The notes under the pieces: model-generated
The model's database searches: none
What the model was told of the DNA's origin: nothing
What the model saw: only the letters and a program-made list of their open reading frames with translations
Position numbers and translations under genes: made by a program
Origin: an uncultured Rickettsiales bacterium
GTDB taxonomy: Bacteria > Pseudomonadota > Alphaproteobacteria > Rickettsiales > UBA8987
Direction of reading: 5' to 3'
Length of the DNA stretch: 64,000 nucleotides
NCBI GenBank assembly: GCA_964588995.1
Contig: CAZPQM010000002.1
Span: 59,459 to 123,458, forward strand
Part shown: positions 9,548-18,884 of the stretch, piece by piece
How positions within the stretch are numbered: position 1 is the first letter of the stretch
How the letters are laid out: the number at the start of each line of letters is the position of its first letter

Positions 9548-10908
9548 GCCAGTACCTCACTAAGACTCTCACTCAGTTTTGTGATCAATTCATCCATGTG
9601 TTTTTCTTCAATGATAAAGGGCGGAGCAATCAGAATATGCGCGCCATTTTTACCATCGATCGTACCACCCATCGGATAAATCATCAGGCCACGCTCCATC
9701 GCTGTCTTTTTTATTTTAGTATGAATGGCCGACTCCTGCGGGAACGGATCTTTCGTTGCACGATCCTGTACCAGCTCTAGCCCAAGAAATAGCCCGCTGC
9801 CCCGTATGTCTCCGATATGCGGATGTGCGCCAAAAGCATCCATCAATTTTTGCTTTAGTTTGTTTCCCTGCTCCTGAACGCGCGCGACCAGATTATCTCG
9901 CTCAATGATCTGTTGCACTTTCAGCGCGGCGGCGCAGGCCACCGGGTGAGCGAGATAGGTATGGCCGTGCTGGAAAAAGCCGGAGCCGTTATAGATAGCA
10001 TCAAAGATTTTATCCTGACAGAGTAGCGCGCCAATCGGTTGATAGCCGCCGCCGAGCCCTTTGGCAACGGTGATCATATCCGGTACAATGTCATCCGTTT
10101 CACAGGCATAGTAGCTACCGGTGCGTCCCATACCGCACATTACTTCATCCAGAATCAGCAAGACATCATATTGATCGCAAATCTCACGAATGCGCTTCAG
10201 ATAGCCGTCAACGGCAGGAACGGCACCCATGGTAGCGCCGACCACGGGTTCGCAAATGAAGGCGGCAATGTTGCTGGCTCCTTCATGCAGGATGGTCTCT
10301 TCCAGCCGATTCGCTACGCGCTGCCCGTATGCGTATTCCGTTTCATCCTCACGCTTGTCTCTGTACGGGTAGCAAGGCGGGATATGGATCATATCCACCA
10401 GCATCGGAGAAAATTGGGCGCGCCTCCAGCGGTTGCCACCGGCGGATAAGGCGCCGATCGTATTACCGTGGTAGCTTTGCCAGCGGGCTATAAATTTACT
10501 TTTCTCCGGTTTGCCGATCTCTACAAAATATTGCCGTGCCAGCTTGAGGGCCGATTCGACTGCTTCTGAACCTCCTGAAACAAAATAAACATGATTCAGA
10601 CCTTCCGGCGCTAGCCGTGTTAAATGATCCGCTAGCTGTTCCGCCGGTTCATTGGTGAAGAAGCCTGTATGAGCAAAGGCGATCGAATCGACCTGCTGGT
10701 GAATAGCGTCGCGAACCTCATCATTACTATGTCCGAGACAGGAAACTGCTGCACCGCAACACGCGTCTAAGTAGTATTTGCCATTTTGGTCAATAATGTA
10801 GACACCTTCACCCTGAGTTGCAGTAGGGTAGTGGCTGTGTGTATGGCGGTGGAAGACACGAGTATCAGGGCGATTGTTAACGGGAATAGAGGCAGCAACA
10901 TTTGCCAT
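9544..10908 (-). CDS. Class-III (omega-type) PLP aminotransferase
   Basis: YLDACCGAAVSCLGH, SGGSEAVE, SYHGNT, LILDEVMCGMGRTG, VAKGLGGGY, HGHTY; ATGA overlap with the KamA-like gene; start ATG 10908 (ORF extends to TTG 10950). Confidence 0.93.
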   Translation of the reverse strand: MANVAASIPVNNRPDTRVFHRHTHSHYPTATQGEGVYIIDQNGKYYLDACCGAAVSCLGHSNDEVRDAIHQQVDSIAFAHTGFFTNEPAEQLADHLTRLAPEGLNHVYFVSGGSEAVESALKLARQYFVEIGKPEKSKFIARWQSYHGNTIGALSAGGNRWRRAQFSPMLVDMIHIPPCYPYRDKREDETEYAYGQRVANRLEETILHEGASNIAAFICEPVVGATMGAVPAVDGYLKRIREICDQYDVLLILDEVMCGMGRTGSYYACETDDIVPDMITVAKGLGGGYQPIGALLCQDKIFDAIYNGSGFFQHGHTYLAHPVACAAALKVQQIIERDNLVARVQEQGNKLKQKLMDAFGAHPHIGDIRGSGLFLGLELVQDRATKDPFPQESAIHTKIKKTAMERGLMIYPMGGTIDGKNGAHILIAPPFIIEEKHMDELITKLSESLSEVLA

Positions 10909-11195
10909 AATGAAATCCTTAGCAGCAGCGTATTTGCTGCTATCATACAATGTAAAATCGGGAAATCAACTTATGACTGTGCGCTGCAACAAAGAGTGAT
11001 GAGACAGGGAGCCGGCATCGGCGTGTGTGAGGAGCGGGTTGTGTTGCGATGATAGCCGACCCCCTGATCTCGCATTTGCTTTGCAGCAAACGACCTCACG
11101 CATTTGGTGTGTGGTCACTAAACCTCTCTCCCAATTACGTGTTGCATCCGCACGCTAACATAAGCAAAAGTGTAAATCCAGAAAAAACTATATCT

Positions 11196-11219
11196 TGTGG
11201 ATAAAATAACTGTGGATAA
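11196..11219. promoter_or_regulatory. Two perfect tandem DnaA boxes
   Basis: TGTGGATAA at 11196-11204 and 11211-11219 (reverse complement of TTATCCACA), 6 nt apart, intergenic. Confidence 0.75.
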
Positions 11220-11268
11220 CTAGATGTAGTTACTGATGATAAGACTGGAAGCTGTTTTGACCTGCCAA

Positions 11269-11883
11269 TTATTCGCTATTTTTGATGATGCGTGGCAAGT
11301 GCCAGTCTTTCGCGTGGGCGACAAGCCGTAGGGTTAATCCCAATACAAACAAAACAGTAAGTGACGTGTTATTCAGCAAACCTACACTATCAAGCGCGAA
11401 AATGATGAGTGCAATGATGATGGCAACGCTACCGTAGAAACCGCTGGAAAGCAATGCCGGCACCTCGTTGAGTAAAATATCGCGGATCATCCCGCCACCG
11501 GTAGCGGTGAGGAAGGCAAGCAGAATAACGCCGAATATGTTGAGGTCATATTCCAGCGCGACCAGCGCGCCGGTAAAGCTGAACGCGACCAGGCCAATCG
11601 AATCACTCACAACAAAAAACCAGCGACGTTCAATCCGCGTGTAATGATTCAGCTTAAACAGAATGGCCGCGATAAAAGTGCCAAGAACTAGATAGAATGA
11701 AAACGGATCCGTGAGTACGCCGGGAATTTTTCCGACGAGCACATCCCGTAACGCGCCTCCACCGTTCGCGGTCAGCATCGCCATGATAAAGAGCCCCATA
11801 GCATCCAGCTCTTTACGTACCCCGAGCATGAAACCGGAAAGGGCAAAGGCGATTGAGCCGATAATGGAGGCGATTTCAAACAC
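11269..11883 (-). CDS. Trimeric intracellular cation channel (TRIC/YadS) family membrane protein
   Basis: Two internal repeats AFALSG..TANGGGALRD and AFSFTG..TATGGGMIRD; hydrophobic. Confidence 0.9.
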   Translation of the reverse strand: MFEIASIIGSIAFALSGFMLGVRKELDAMGLFIMAMLTANGGGALRDVLVGKIPGVLTDPFSFYLVLGTFIAAILFKLNHYTRIERRWFFVVSDSIGLVAFSFTGALVALEYDLNIFGVILLAFLTATGGGMIRDILLNEVPALLSSGFYGSVAIIIALIIFALDSVGLLNNTSLTVLFVLGLTLRLVAHAKDWHLPRIIKNSE

Positions 11884-12257
11884 TAGCGTAAATCACTATC
11901 CCCACTCAACAACGGACCCAGCGGCTTGCCTCCCAGAATATGGATGTGGAAGTGCGGCACGGTTTGGTGCGCATGGGAGCCGTGATTCGTAATCAGGCGG
12001 AAGCCGTCTTGCTCCAGCCCGAGCGTTTCGACTACTTTATTCACCCGTTCGAAGAAAATACCGACACCTTTAGACCCTGCCGTTTGGGCAAAGTCATGGA
12101 AGGAGGTGTATTTTCCTTTCGGGATGACGAGCACATGCGTAGGCGCTGCCGGATGGATATCATTAAAGGCTAAAATAAATTCATCTTCATAGACCGGATC
12201 GACCTGAATTTCTCCTGTGAGCATTTGTGCAAAAATATTATCGTCGTTATAGCGCAT
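11883..12257 (-). CDS. hinT: HIT-family nucleotide hydrolase
   Basis: AFNDIHPAAPTHVLVIPK and QTVPHFHIHILGG histidine triad. Confidence 0.93.
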   Translation of the reverse strand: MRYNDDNIFAQMLTGEIQVDPVYEDEFILAFNDIHPAAPTHVLVIPKGKYTSFHDFAQTAGSKGVGIFFERVNKVVETLGLEQDGFRLITNHGSHAHQTVPHFHIHILGGKPLGPLLSGDSDLR

Positions 12258-12403
12258 GACGCCCCCTTGCTTTTTTTGATGGTCCCCACTAAAAGGTCAC
12301 CATAATTTGCGTTACTAATCAGCTTCGTGCAAGGTTTAATCCAATCATATCGCCTAATTTGTTAACGGACGAAATATAATGAAAAAGGAATTTGCAGCAT
12401 AAT

Positions 12404-13963
12404 ATGACGATAAAACGCGCGTTACTCTCCGTTTCCGACAAAACGGGTATTGTAGAATTTGCAAAGTTTTTAGCCGCGCAAGGGGTTACCCTGCTATCTA
12501 CCGGTGGTACGGCTAAGGCTCTCCGGGATGCCGGGCTGGACGTTACCGATGTTTCTGATGTAACCGGTTTTCCGGAAATCATGGAGGGCCGTGTAAAGAC
12601 GCTGCATCCGAAAATACATGGTGGCTTGCTCGCCAAACGGGACAAGCCTGATCACGTAGAGGCGATGGAAACGCATGACATTGAAGGGATTGATCTGGTC
12701 GCGATTAATCTCTATCCGTTTGAGGAAACGGTTGCGAGTGGTGCAGACTGGCAGAGTTGTATCGAGCATATCGATATAGGTGGTCCGGCCATGATTCGTG
12801 CTTCGGCAAAAAACCATCAGCATGTAGTCGTAGTCACCAACCCGGTGCGCTATTCTTCCATTCAGCAGGAGATTATCGAAAGCGGGAATGTATCTGAAGC
12901 AACGCGGGCGCAACTGGCGTTAGAGGCATTCAGCAAAACGGCTTCTTATGATGCGGCGATTAGTGCATGGATGGGGGGCAGCCAGCAAGGCGATGATAAG
13001 ACTCAGGAACATTTGCATATAGATGCCACCCTTAAGCAAACACTGCGCTACGGAGAAAATCCGCACCAATCAGCGCAGCTATATGTAGAAGATAGTCCGC
13101 CTGCCGGCGTAGCTTCAGCGCGGCAATTACAGGGGAAAGAGCTTAGCTATAATAACATTGCGGATACGGATGCGGCGTTTGATCTGGTGAGTGAATTTAC
13201 CGATCCGGCCTGCGCGATTATCAAACATGCAAATCCGTGCGGTGTTGCGGTTGGCTCCGATCAGGTCGATGCGTATGAGCGCGCCTTTGCCTGTGATCCG
13301 GTGAGTGCGTATGGCGGTATTCTGGCCTATAATCAGGTTTTTTCCAGGGCCATGGCAGAGCGGCTAGGTAAGCATTTTGTTGAGGTCATCATTGCACCTT
13401 CGTTCGATGAGGAGGCGCTTGCCATCCTATCGGCGAAAAAGAATTTGCGTCTGCTGGAAACAGGCACCATGCCGGATGCTGCGGCCAAACGGCAAACGGT
13501 CAAATCCATCAGCGGCGGCTATCTGGTGCAGGAGCGTGATCATATGGTGCTGCATGAGGCAGATTTGAAGGTGGTGACAGAGCGTGCGCCTACCGAGGAA
13601 GAAATGGCGGATCTGAAATTTGCTTTTACCGTGTGTAAGCATGTGAAGTCGAATGCGATTGTCTACGCGAAAGACCGTGCAAGTGTCGGCATTGGTGCCG
13701 GGCAGATGAGCCGCGTCGATTCTGCGCGGATAGGTGCGTGGAAAGCGAAAGAAACTGCTACCTCTGTTGAAAGTGCGAAGGGGGCGGTGCTTGCGTCCGA
13801 TGCGTTCTTTCCGTTTGCCGATGGGCTTGAGAGCGCTGCCGAGCATGGGGTCACGGCTGTCATTCAGCCGGGCGGCTCGATTCGGGATGATGAGGTAATT
13901 GAAGCGGCCAATAAGCACTATATCGCGATGGTGATGACCGGTATCCGCCATTTCCGGCATTGA
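12404..13963 (+). CDS. purH: Bifunctional AICAR transformylase / IMP cyclohydrolase
   Basis: [51 protein letters not shown]; start ATG 12404 (or TTG 12392). Confidence 0.98.
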   Translation: MTIKRALLSVSDKTGIVEFAKFLAAQGVTLLSTGGTAKALRDAGLDVTDVSDVTGFPEIMEGRVKTLHPKIHGGLLAKRDKPDHVEAMETHDIEGIDLVAINLYPFEETVASGADWQSCIEHIDIGGPAMIRASAKNHQHVVVVTNPVRYSSIQQEIIESGNVSEATRAQLALEAFSKTASYDAAISAWMGGSQQGDDKTQEHLHIDATLKQTLRYGENPHQSAQLYVEDSPPAGVASARQLQGKELSYNNIADTDAAFDLVSEFTDPACAIIKHANPCGVAVGSDQVDAYERAFACDPVSAYGGILAYNQVFSRAMAERLGKHFVEVIIAPSFDEEALAILSAKKNLRLLETGTMPDAAAKRQTVKSISGGYLVQERDHMVLHEADLKVVTERAPTEEEMADLKFAFTVCKHVKSNAIVYAKDRASVGIGAGQMSRVDSARIGAWKAKETATSVESAKGAVLASDAFFPFADGLESAAEHGVTAVIQPGGSIRDDEVIEAANKHYIAMVMTGIRHFRH

Positions 13964-13981
13964 TTTCTTGTTATCTTCGAA

Positions 13982-14050
13982 ACTGATCCGAGGGTCTTCT
14001 TGAGGAGCAAAGTGAGTGAAGCTCCACGGGTCAAGCCCGGGGAAAACAGT
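13982..14050. repeat. Degenerate palindromic repeat downstream of purH
   Basis: Contains ccacgggtcaagcccgggg hairpin resembling the right halves of the other palindromes; actg..cagt ends. Confidence 0.45.
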
Positions 14051-14125
14051 GTTATATAGTTCTTACCCATTGACTCGCTCATCCTACCTTTCTAGATTGC
14101 AGCCTTACGCCATGGGGAGTGATGG

Positions 14126-14506
14126 ATGGTTGACGAGCGTGTGCTTTCCAGCACCAAAATTATAAATCAGCCGGGTAACCGCGAAGCCCTTCAGCTATGG
14201 TACAAAGCGAATTTATCTACCGTACGTGATGATTACCCGGATCTGTCGGCGCGTCAACTGGTCATTCTGCTTGCAATTGCAACGGATAAAGGCCCGCATA
14301 CGGTACGGGGGCTGGCTGCGCTTCTCGGTATTACGAAGCCCGCGATCTGCCGGGCGCTGGATTCGCTCTCGCGCTACAAAATGGCGCAGCGTGTGGTCGA
14401 TCAGAAGGATCGGCGGAACGTATTTATCATGCCGACGGAAAAGGGAATTAATTATCTCGCCGAGCTTTCGGAAAAGATCATGCAGCAATTAATGGAGATT
14501 TCATAA
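14126..14506 (+). CDS. MarR-family transcriptional regulator
   Basis: LSARQLVILL, HTVRGLAALLGITKPAICRALDSL HTH, DQKDRRNVFI wing. Confidence 0.9.
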   Translation: MVDERVLSSTKIINQPGNREALQLWYKANLSTVRDDYPDLSARQLVILLAIATDKGPHTVRGLAALLGITKPAICRALDSLSRYKMAQRVVDQKDRRNVFIMPTEKGINYLAELSEKIMQQLMEIS

Positions 14507-15217
14507 GTGGGACCGGTTATCGGCATCACACTGGACGGTGAAGAGCAAGGAGAATATTCCGATTTTCCGTATTATGCGCTTCGGCAGAATTACTTCGAAG
14601 CGGTGGCGTCCTTCGGAGGTGTACCGCTTGCCTTGCCGCAACACCCCGAGCTCGCCGAGAGCTATCTGCAAATGATCGATGGGTTGATTATTACCGGTGG
14701 TCAATTCGATATTGATCCACGTTATTATGGAGAGGCGACACTGCACGAAACGGTGACGACAAAAGATCGGCGCACTGCTTTTGAGTTTGCTATTACCAAG
14801 GCCGCGCTGAAACGTTCCAAGCCGCTCCTCGGTATTTGTGGCGGAGAGCAGCTGATCAATGTTGTGCTGGGCGGTTCGCTCGTGCAGGATATCGCCGCCG
14901 ACATTGAGGGTGCGCTGGAACATGAAGTGAAGGACCGGTTAAAACCGGCGCATGATATTACGATCACATCAGGGAGTTTGTTGCATCGCATCATAAATCA
15001 GGAAATAGTAGGCGTGAACACGTCGCATCACCAGTCGGTTAAAGCGCCGGGAGAGGGTGTCGCAATCACGGCAACGACCTCGGACGGTGTCGTCGAAGCG
15101 ATTGAATATGATGCGCACCCGTTCTGCTTAGGTGTGCAGTGGCATCCTGAATATCAGGCGAACCCGCATGATAAAGCCATTATGAAAGCGTTTGTAGAAG
15201 CGTGCCGGACCGCATAG
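14507..15217 (+). CDS. Gamma-glutamyl-gamma-aminobutyrate hydrolase family (peptidase C26, glutamine amidotransferase type 1)
   Basis: GLIITGG-DIDP, PLLGICGG, VNTSHHQ, GVQWHPE. Confidence 0.9.
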   Translation: MGPVIGITLDGEEQGEYSDFPYYALRQNYFEAVASFGGVPLALPQHPELAESYLQMIDGLIITGGQFDIDPRYYGEATLHETVTTKDRRTAFEFAITKAALKRSKPLLGICGGEQLINVVLGGSLVQDIAADIEGALEHEVKDRLKPAHDITITSGSLLHRIINQEIVGVNTSHHQSVKAPGEGVAITATTSDGVVEAIEYDAHPFCLGVQWHPEYQANPHDKAIMKAFVEACRTA

Positions 15218-15930
15218 CTAAGGTGATCGCCCGCAGTGGCTTGTGTTCCCGCCGTGAGGCCGAGCAGTGGATTCGGGACGGGCGCGTGGAGGTTGACGGC
15301 AAGCGAATTGATTCTCCGGCGCTGAATGTTGACTCAGAACAGAACGTGCGCGTCGATGGCAAGGCTATTCCGTCAATCGATGCCGTGCGGTTATGGCTGT
15401 ATCACAAGCCGCAAGGGTTGATTACCACCCATAGCGATCCGCGCGGAAGACCGACGATTTTCAAGCATTTGCCGAACGATATGCCGCGGGTGGTCTCCGT
15501 TGGGCGGCTGGATGTAAATACGGAAGGGCTGCTGCTGCTTACGAATGACGGCGCGTTTGCCGGGAAGCTCGCGCATCCGTCGATGGGCTGGGCGCGGACC
15601 TACCGGGTGCGGGTCAAAGGTGAGGTTACGCAAGACGCGCTCGATGCGCTTAAAGACGGGGTGGAAGTCAGCAATAAAAATGGAACCGTGACACGCTTCG
15701 GACGGATTGAGGCTACGATTGAGAATCGGGGTGAAGGTACAAATCAGTGGCTCCGCATGACGATTTATGAAGGGAAATACCGTGAAATCCGGCGTATCTG
15801 CCAGCATTTAGGGTTGCAGGTCAGTCGGTTAATCCGCACGCATTACGGTCCATTTACGCTGGAAAAAATACCGCGCGGTAAAGTGATTGAACTTGCGGAA
15901 GCGGAGTTTGCGCGTTACGTTGAGGTATGA
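15202..15930 (+). CDS. rluB: rRNA pseudouridine synthase, RsuA/RluB family with S4 domain
   Basis: S4 domain RIAKVIARSGLCSRREAE; VGRLDVNTEGLLLLTNDG; EGKYREIRR. Confidence 0.85.
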   Translation: MPDRIAKVIARSGLCSRREAEQWIRDGRVEVDGKRIDSPALNVDSEQNVRVDGKAIPSIDAVRLWLYHKPQGLITTHSDPRGRPTIFKHLPNDMPRVVSVGRLDVNTEGLLLLTNDGAFAGKLAHPSMGWARTYRVRVKGEVTQDALDALKDGVEVSNKNGTVTRFGRIEATIENRGEGTNQWLRMTIYEGKYREIRRICQHLGLQVSRLIRTHYGPFTLEKIPRGKVIELAEAEFARYVEV

Positions 15931-16517
15931 AAATTCTTGGGGGTGCATTAAAGGGCAAGAATATCGAGGCGGTTCGCGATCGTAATATTCGTCCTACCAA
16001 ATCCATGGTGCGGGAGACGATTTTTAACATTCTGAAGCATGGAAAATTCCTCTTTGATGATGCGTTTATTGAAGACGATAATCCGAGTACGGTGGAAGAC
16101 CGGCATGTAATCGATATTTTCTGCGGAACCGGTGCGCTCGGCTTTGAAGCGCTCTCGCGCGGTGCCAAGCATGTGACCTTTGTTGATCAGAACAGCGCGA
16201 CGATTGCGCAGGCCAAAGAAAATGCCAATCACCTTGGTGTACGACCCGAAACGCGCTTTATCAAAAGCGATTCAACGCAATTACCACCCGCGTCGCACGC
16301 CTGTCAGCTGGCTTTTGTCGATCCGCCGTATGAAAAATTGCTGGGTAAAAAGGCGATCAAGTCATTGCGGGATCAGGGGTGGCTTTCGCGTGGTGCCGTG
16401 GTCTTGCTTGAGTCGAGCAAGCAATATGACGCGCCGGAGATTGAAGGCTTCCGCCTGATGGACGACCGGATACATGATAAAACCCGCATCAGCTTTTATC
16501 AGTATGAGGGTGAGTAA
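15927..16517 (+). CDS. rsmD: 16S rRNA m2G966 methyltransferase
   Basis: IRPTKSMVRETIFNIL, DIFCGTGALGFEALSRGA, DPPY. Confidence 0.93.
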   Translation: MKILGGALKGKNIEAVRDRNIRPTKSMVRETIFNILKHGKFLFDDAFIEDDNPSTVEDRHVIDIFCGTGALGFEALSRGAKHVTFVDQNSATIAQAKENANHLGVRPETRFIKSDSTQLPPASHACQLAFVDPPYEKLLGKKAIKSLRDQGWLSRGAVVLLESSKQYDAPEIEGFRLMDDRIHDKTRISFYQYEGE

Positions 16518-16662
16518 AAAAATGCTGCGCTAAGGTTGCTATAGGTTGTAAACTCGCCGGCGCCTTGCACGTCTGGAAACCATGATCGGAATTTGCGCTA
16601 CGCAGCTTTAAGTGATAAATCGGTGCAGTATATACAATTACATTTGCAGGCTGGAGAAAATT

Positions 16663-17241
16663 ATGACCACACTACTTTTTCTTTCGGGTAGTATTCGTAC
16701 CGGATCCTTAAACGAAAAGCTGGCGAAACTCGCTTGTTAGCTGGCTAAAGGGCAGGGGGCGGATGCCGAATATGTCGATCTACGGAACTACGATATGCCT
16801 GTCTATAATGGCGATTGGGAAGAACAAAACGGGCTGCCAGAAGCTGCAAAGAAGTTGAAACAGACATTCATAGACGCCGACGGCTTTTTTATCGCCAGCC
16901 CGGAATATAACAGCTCCTTTACACCGCTTCTGAAGAACACGCTCGACTGGATTTCACGTCCCGATGGTCCGAATGATAAGCAGATGTTGCAAGCGTATAA
17001 AGGTAAAGTTGCGGCGATCAGCGGTGCCTCCCTCGGCGCCTTTGGCGCGATGCGAGCGCTCGTTCCGCTGCGGATGATGCTCGGGAATATTCAGGTGCAT
17101 GTCGTACCGAATCAGGTGGCGATTTCACAGGCGCATCAGAAATTTGATGAATCCGGTAAGTTGACGGATGAGCGGGATCGGTCAATGCTTGAAGGCGTCG
17201 TGACGCAGCTGGTCGAAGTTGCAGGAAAATTCAGCGGATAA
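16663..17241 (+). pseudogene. NADPH-dependent FMN reductase interrupted by in-frame TAG at 16738-16740
   Basis: RBS ggag + ATG 16663 gives MTTLLFLSGSIRTGSLNEKLAKLAC*LAKGQG... in frame with ASPEYNSS and LLKNTLDWISR. Confidence 0.85.
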
Positions 17242-17315
17242 AACAGGTGGTAATAGTTTGGTTGCCATTTCGTGGGTGCAAGCTGTAATACAATAGTCAC
17301 CCCGCTATTTATGGT

Positions 17316-17588
17316 TAGACACTGTTAGCTAATTCTGAAGTATTTTGCCATGAGACTGATGTTGTTAAAGAACAAGGAAAATATCGCCGGGAATAGTGGG
17401 CTTATTTCCAAGAGATTTTTCGCCGTTATTTGGCAACATCAGCCATGGTTCTGCTAATTGCAGCCTAAATCGCTGCTCGCAGCGTTAAAGCGCTTGCCAA
17501 TAGAACCACTATTAACTGCACGCTTTGTCTTGCGAATCAACGATTTAGGCCAGCAACAAAATATTTCAGAATTAGCTAACAGTGTCTA
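17316..17588. mobile_element. MITE-like non-autonomous element with ~30-bp TIRs and TA flanks
   Basis: 17315-17347 ttagacactgttagctaattctgaagtattttg is the reverse complement of 17557-17589 with 1 mismatch in 33; TA on both sides of GACACTG..CAGTGTC; no transposase ORF. Confidence 0.75.
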
Positions 17589-17705
17589 ATGACTGTAGTA
17601 TGTTTAAGTTTTAATGGGTTAATGCATATATGCTGGGGGTTCAGCATTAAGAATTACGGTAGCCCACTTCATTCCAAACAGCCAATAACCCCAATATAAT
17701 AAGAG

Positions 17706-18245
17706 CTAAACCCGCTTAGCCAGCCAGATAGCTACTTTGCTGGCACCTTTAACTACGGTAGAGAGAGCGGCATAGCCGGGCGCTTCCAGTCCTTGATGCT
17801 CGATGCCAATATCGCGATGTTCCAACTCTTCCTCGCGGAAGCGGGTAATCGACTTTTTCATCTCTTCATCTTCTTCCTGTAATGTGTCCAGCTGCTCCGC
17901 ATAATGCTCGTCGATTACTTCTTCCACGGCAATCGTGCAAGCCATCGCCGCTTTTTCTCCTAGTAATGCGGTGCCGGCGCCAAGGGCAAAACCAGCCGCA
18001 TGCCAGAGCGGATGCAGTGCCGTCGGGCGAACCTGCCGTTCCGCAATTTTATGTTCGAAATATTCCAGATGCTCCAGCTCCTGCTCTTTCATATGCTCAA
18101 TGGTTTTAGCGCAGGGCTTGCCTTTGAGCACAGCGAGCTGGCCTTCATAAATGCGCTTTGCACCATACTCACCGGCATGATTGACACGGATCATCTGTTC
18201 CACCTGCTCTTTATAAGACGGATCGCCGGGTTTAATCTGAGGCAT
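17706..18245 (-). CDS. coq7: Demethoxyubiquinone hydroxylase (di-iron) Coq7
   Basis: IRVNHAGEYGAKRIYEGQ, ELEHL, AVEEVIDEHY, EELEHRD di-iron motifs. Confidence 0.95.
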   Translation of the reverse strand: MPQIKPGDPSYKEQVEQMIRVNHAGEYGAKRIYEGQLAVLKGKPCAKTIEHMKEQELEHLEYFEHKIAERQVRPTALHPLWHAAGFALGAGTALLGEKAAMACTIAVEEVIDEHYAEQLDTLQEEDEEMKKSITRFREEELEHRDIGIEHQGLEAPGYAALSTVVKGASKVAIWLAKRV

Positions 18246-18786
18246 TGTTCACTCCTTTTAGTTTATATTGCGGTAGGCCGAAGCGCATCTGCACGGTCAG
18301 CCAGCCAAGTACGATAGCGGCAAAAAACGACCAGACCATGTTCCAGCCCGCCATCGATAAGCCGAGAAAGACAAAGGCCGGGTCAGTACATTTCACTACC
18401 GGCGTATTCATAATGAGGGATTTCAGCTGCTCTACACTTTCGGCAACCATCCCTTGTGCGCCACAGGCTTCGGTACCTTCCCACCAGCCATATTCCACGC
18501 CCATATGGAAAAAGGCCAGCCCGGTGACGGCAAGCAAGGCAATCACGCCGAAGGCGCCAAGGCGCATCACGTCACCGATATTCGATTGCATGAAAAAGAC
18601 TAAGATACCGATAATCAGCAGCGCGTAGTAGGGGATGCGTTGATACAAGCAGAGCTGGCATGGATAAAGCCCAAAGCCATATTGCGAGATATAGGCAAAG
18701 CCAAGGGAAAATAGGGCGATGCCAATCATCACCACGCCCAGCAGGCATGGCGTACGAATCAACCGTTCTGAAATCGCTTGACGCAT
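18232..18786 (-). CDS. dsbB: Disulfide bond formation protein DsbB family
   Basis: PCQLCLYQRIPY CxxC, second Cys pair (ACG..VKCT), GLSMAGWN; start approximate. Confidence 0.88.
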   Translation of the reverse strand: MRQAISERLIRTPCLLGVVMIGIALFSLGFAYISQYGFGLYPCQLCLYQRIPYYALLIIGILVFFMQSNIGDVMRLGAFGVIALLAVTGLAFFHMGVEYGWWEGTEACGAQGMVAESVEQLKSLIMNTPVVKCTDPAFVFLGLSMAGWNMVWSFFAAIVLGWLTVQMRFGLPQYKLKGVNNASD

Positions 18787-18884
18787 AAATCTACTATATG
18801 TCAGTTAGCGTCATTCTTCCAGCGGTTTTGGCCAGAAGGTCTCCTCCTTGCCAATAGTGCTATTTTCTGCTAATTTCTGCCGCT

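Noticed and set aside
11081-11121. GCAAACGAC (AND..) resembling a tmRNA tag start
   Set aside because: The frame reads ANDLTHLVCGH*, without the terminal AA, and no tRNA-like acceptor or T-arm pieces are nearby.
10995-11135. Glycine, lysine or SAM riboswitch, 6S or SRP RNA upstream of the aminotransferase
   Set aside because: The diagnostic conserved sequences are absent by eye; kept only as an unclassified structured candidate.
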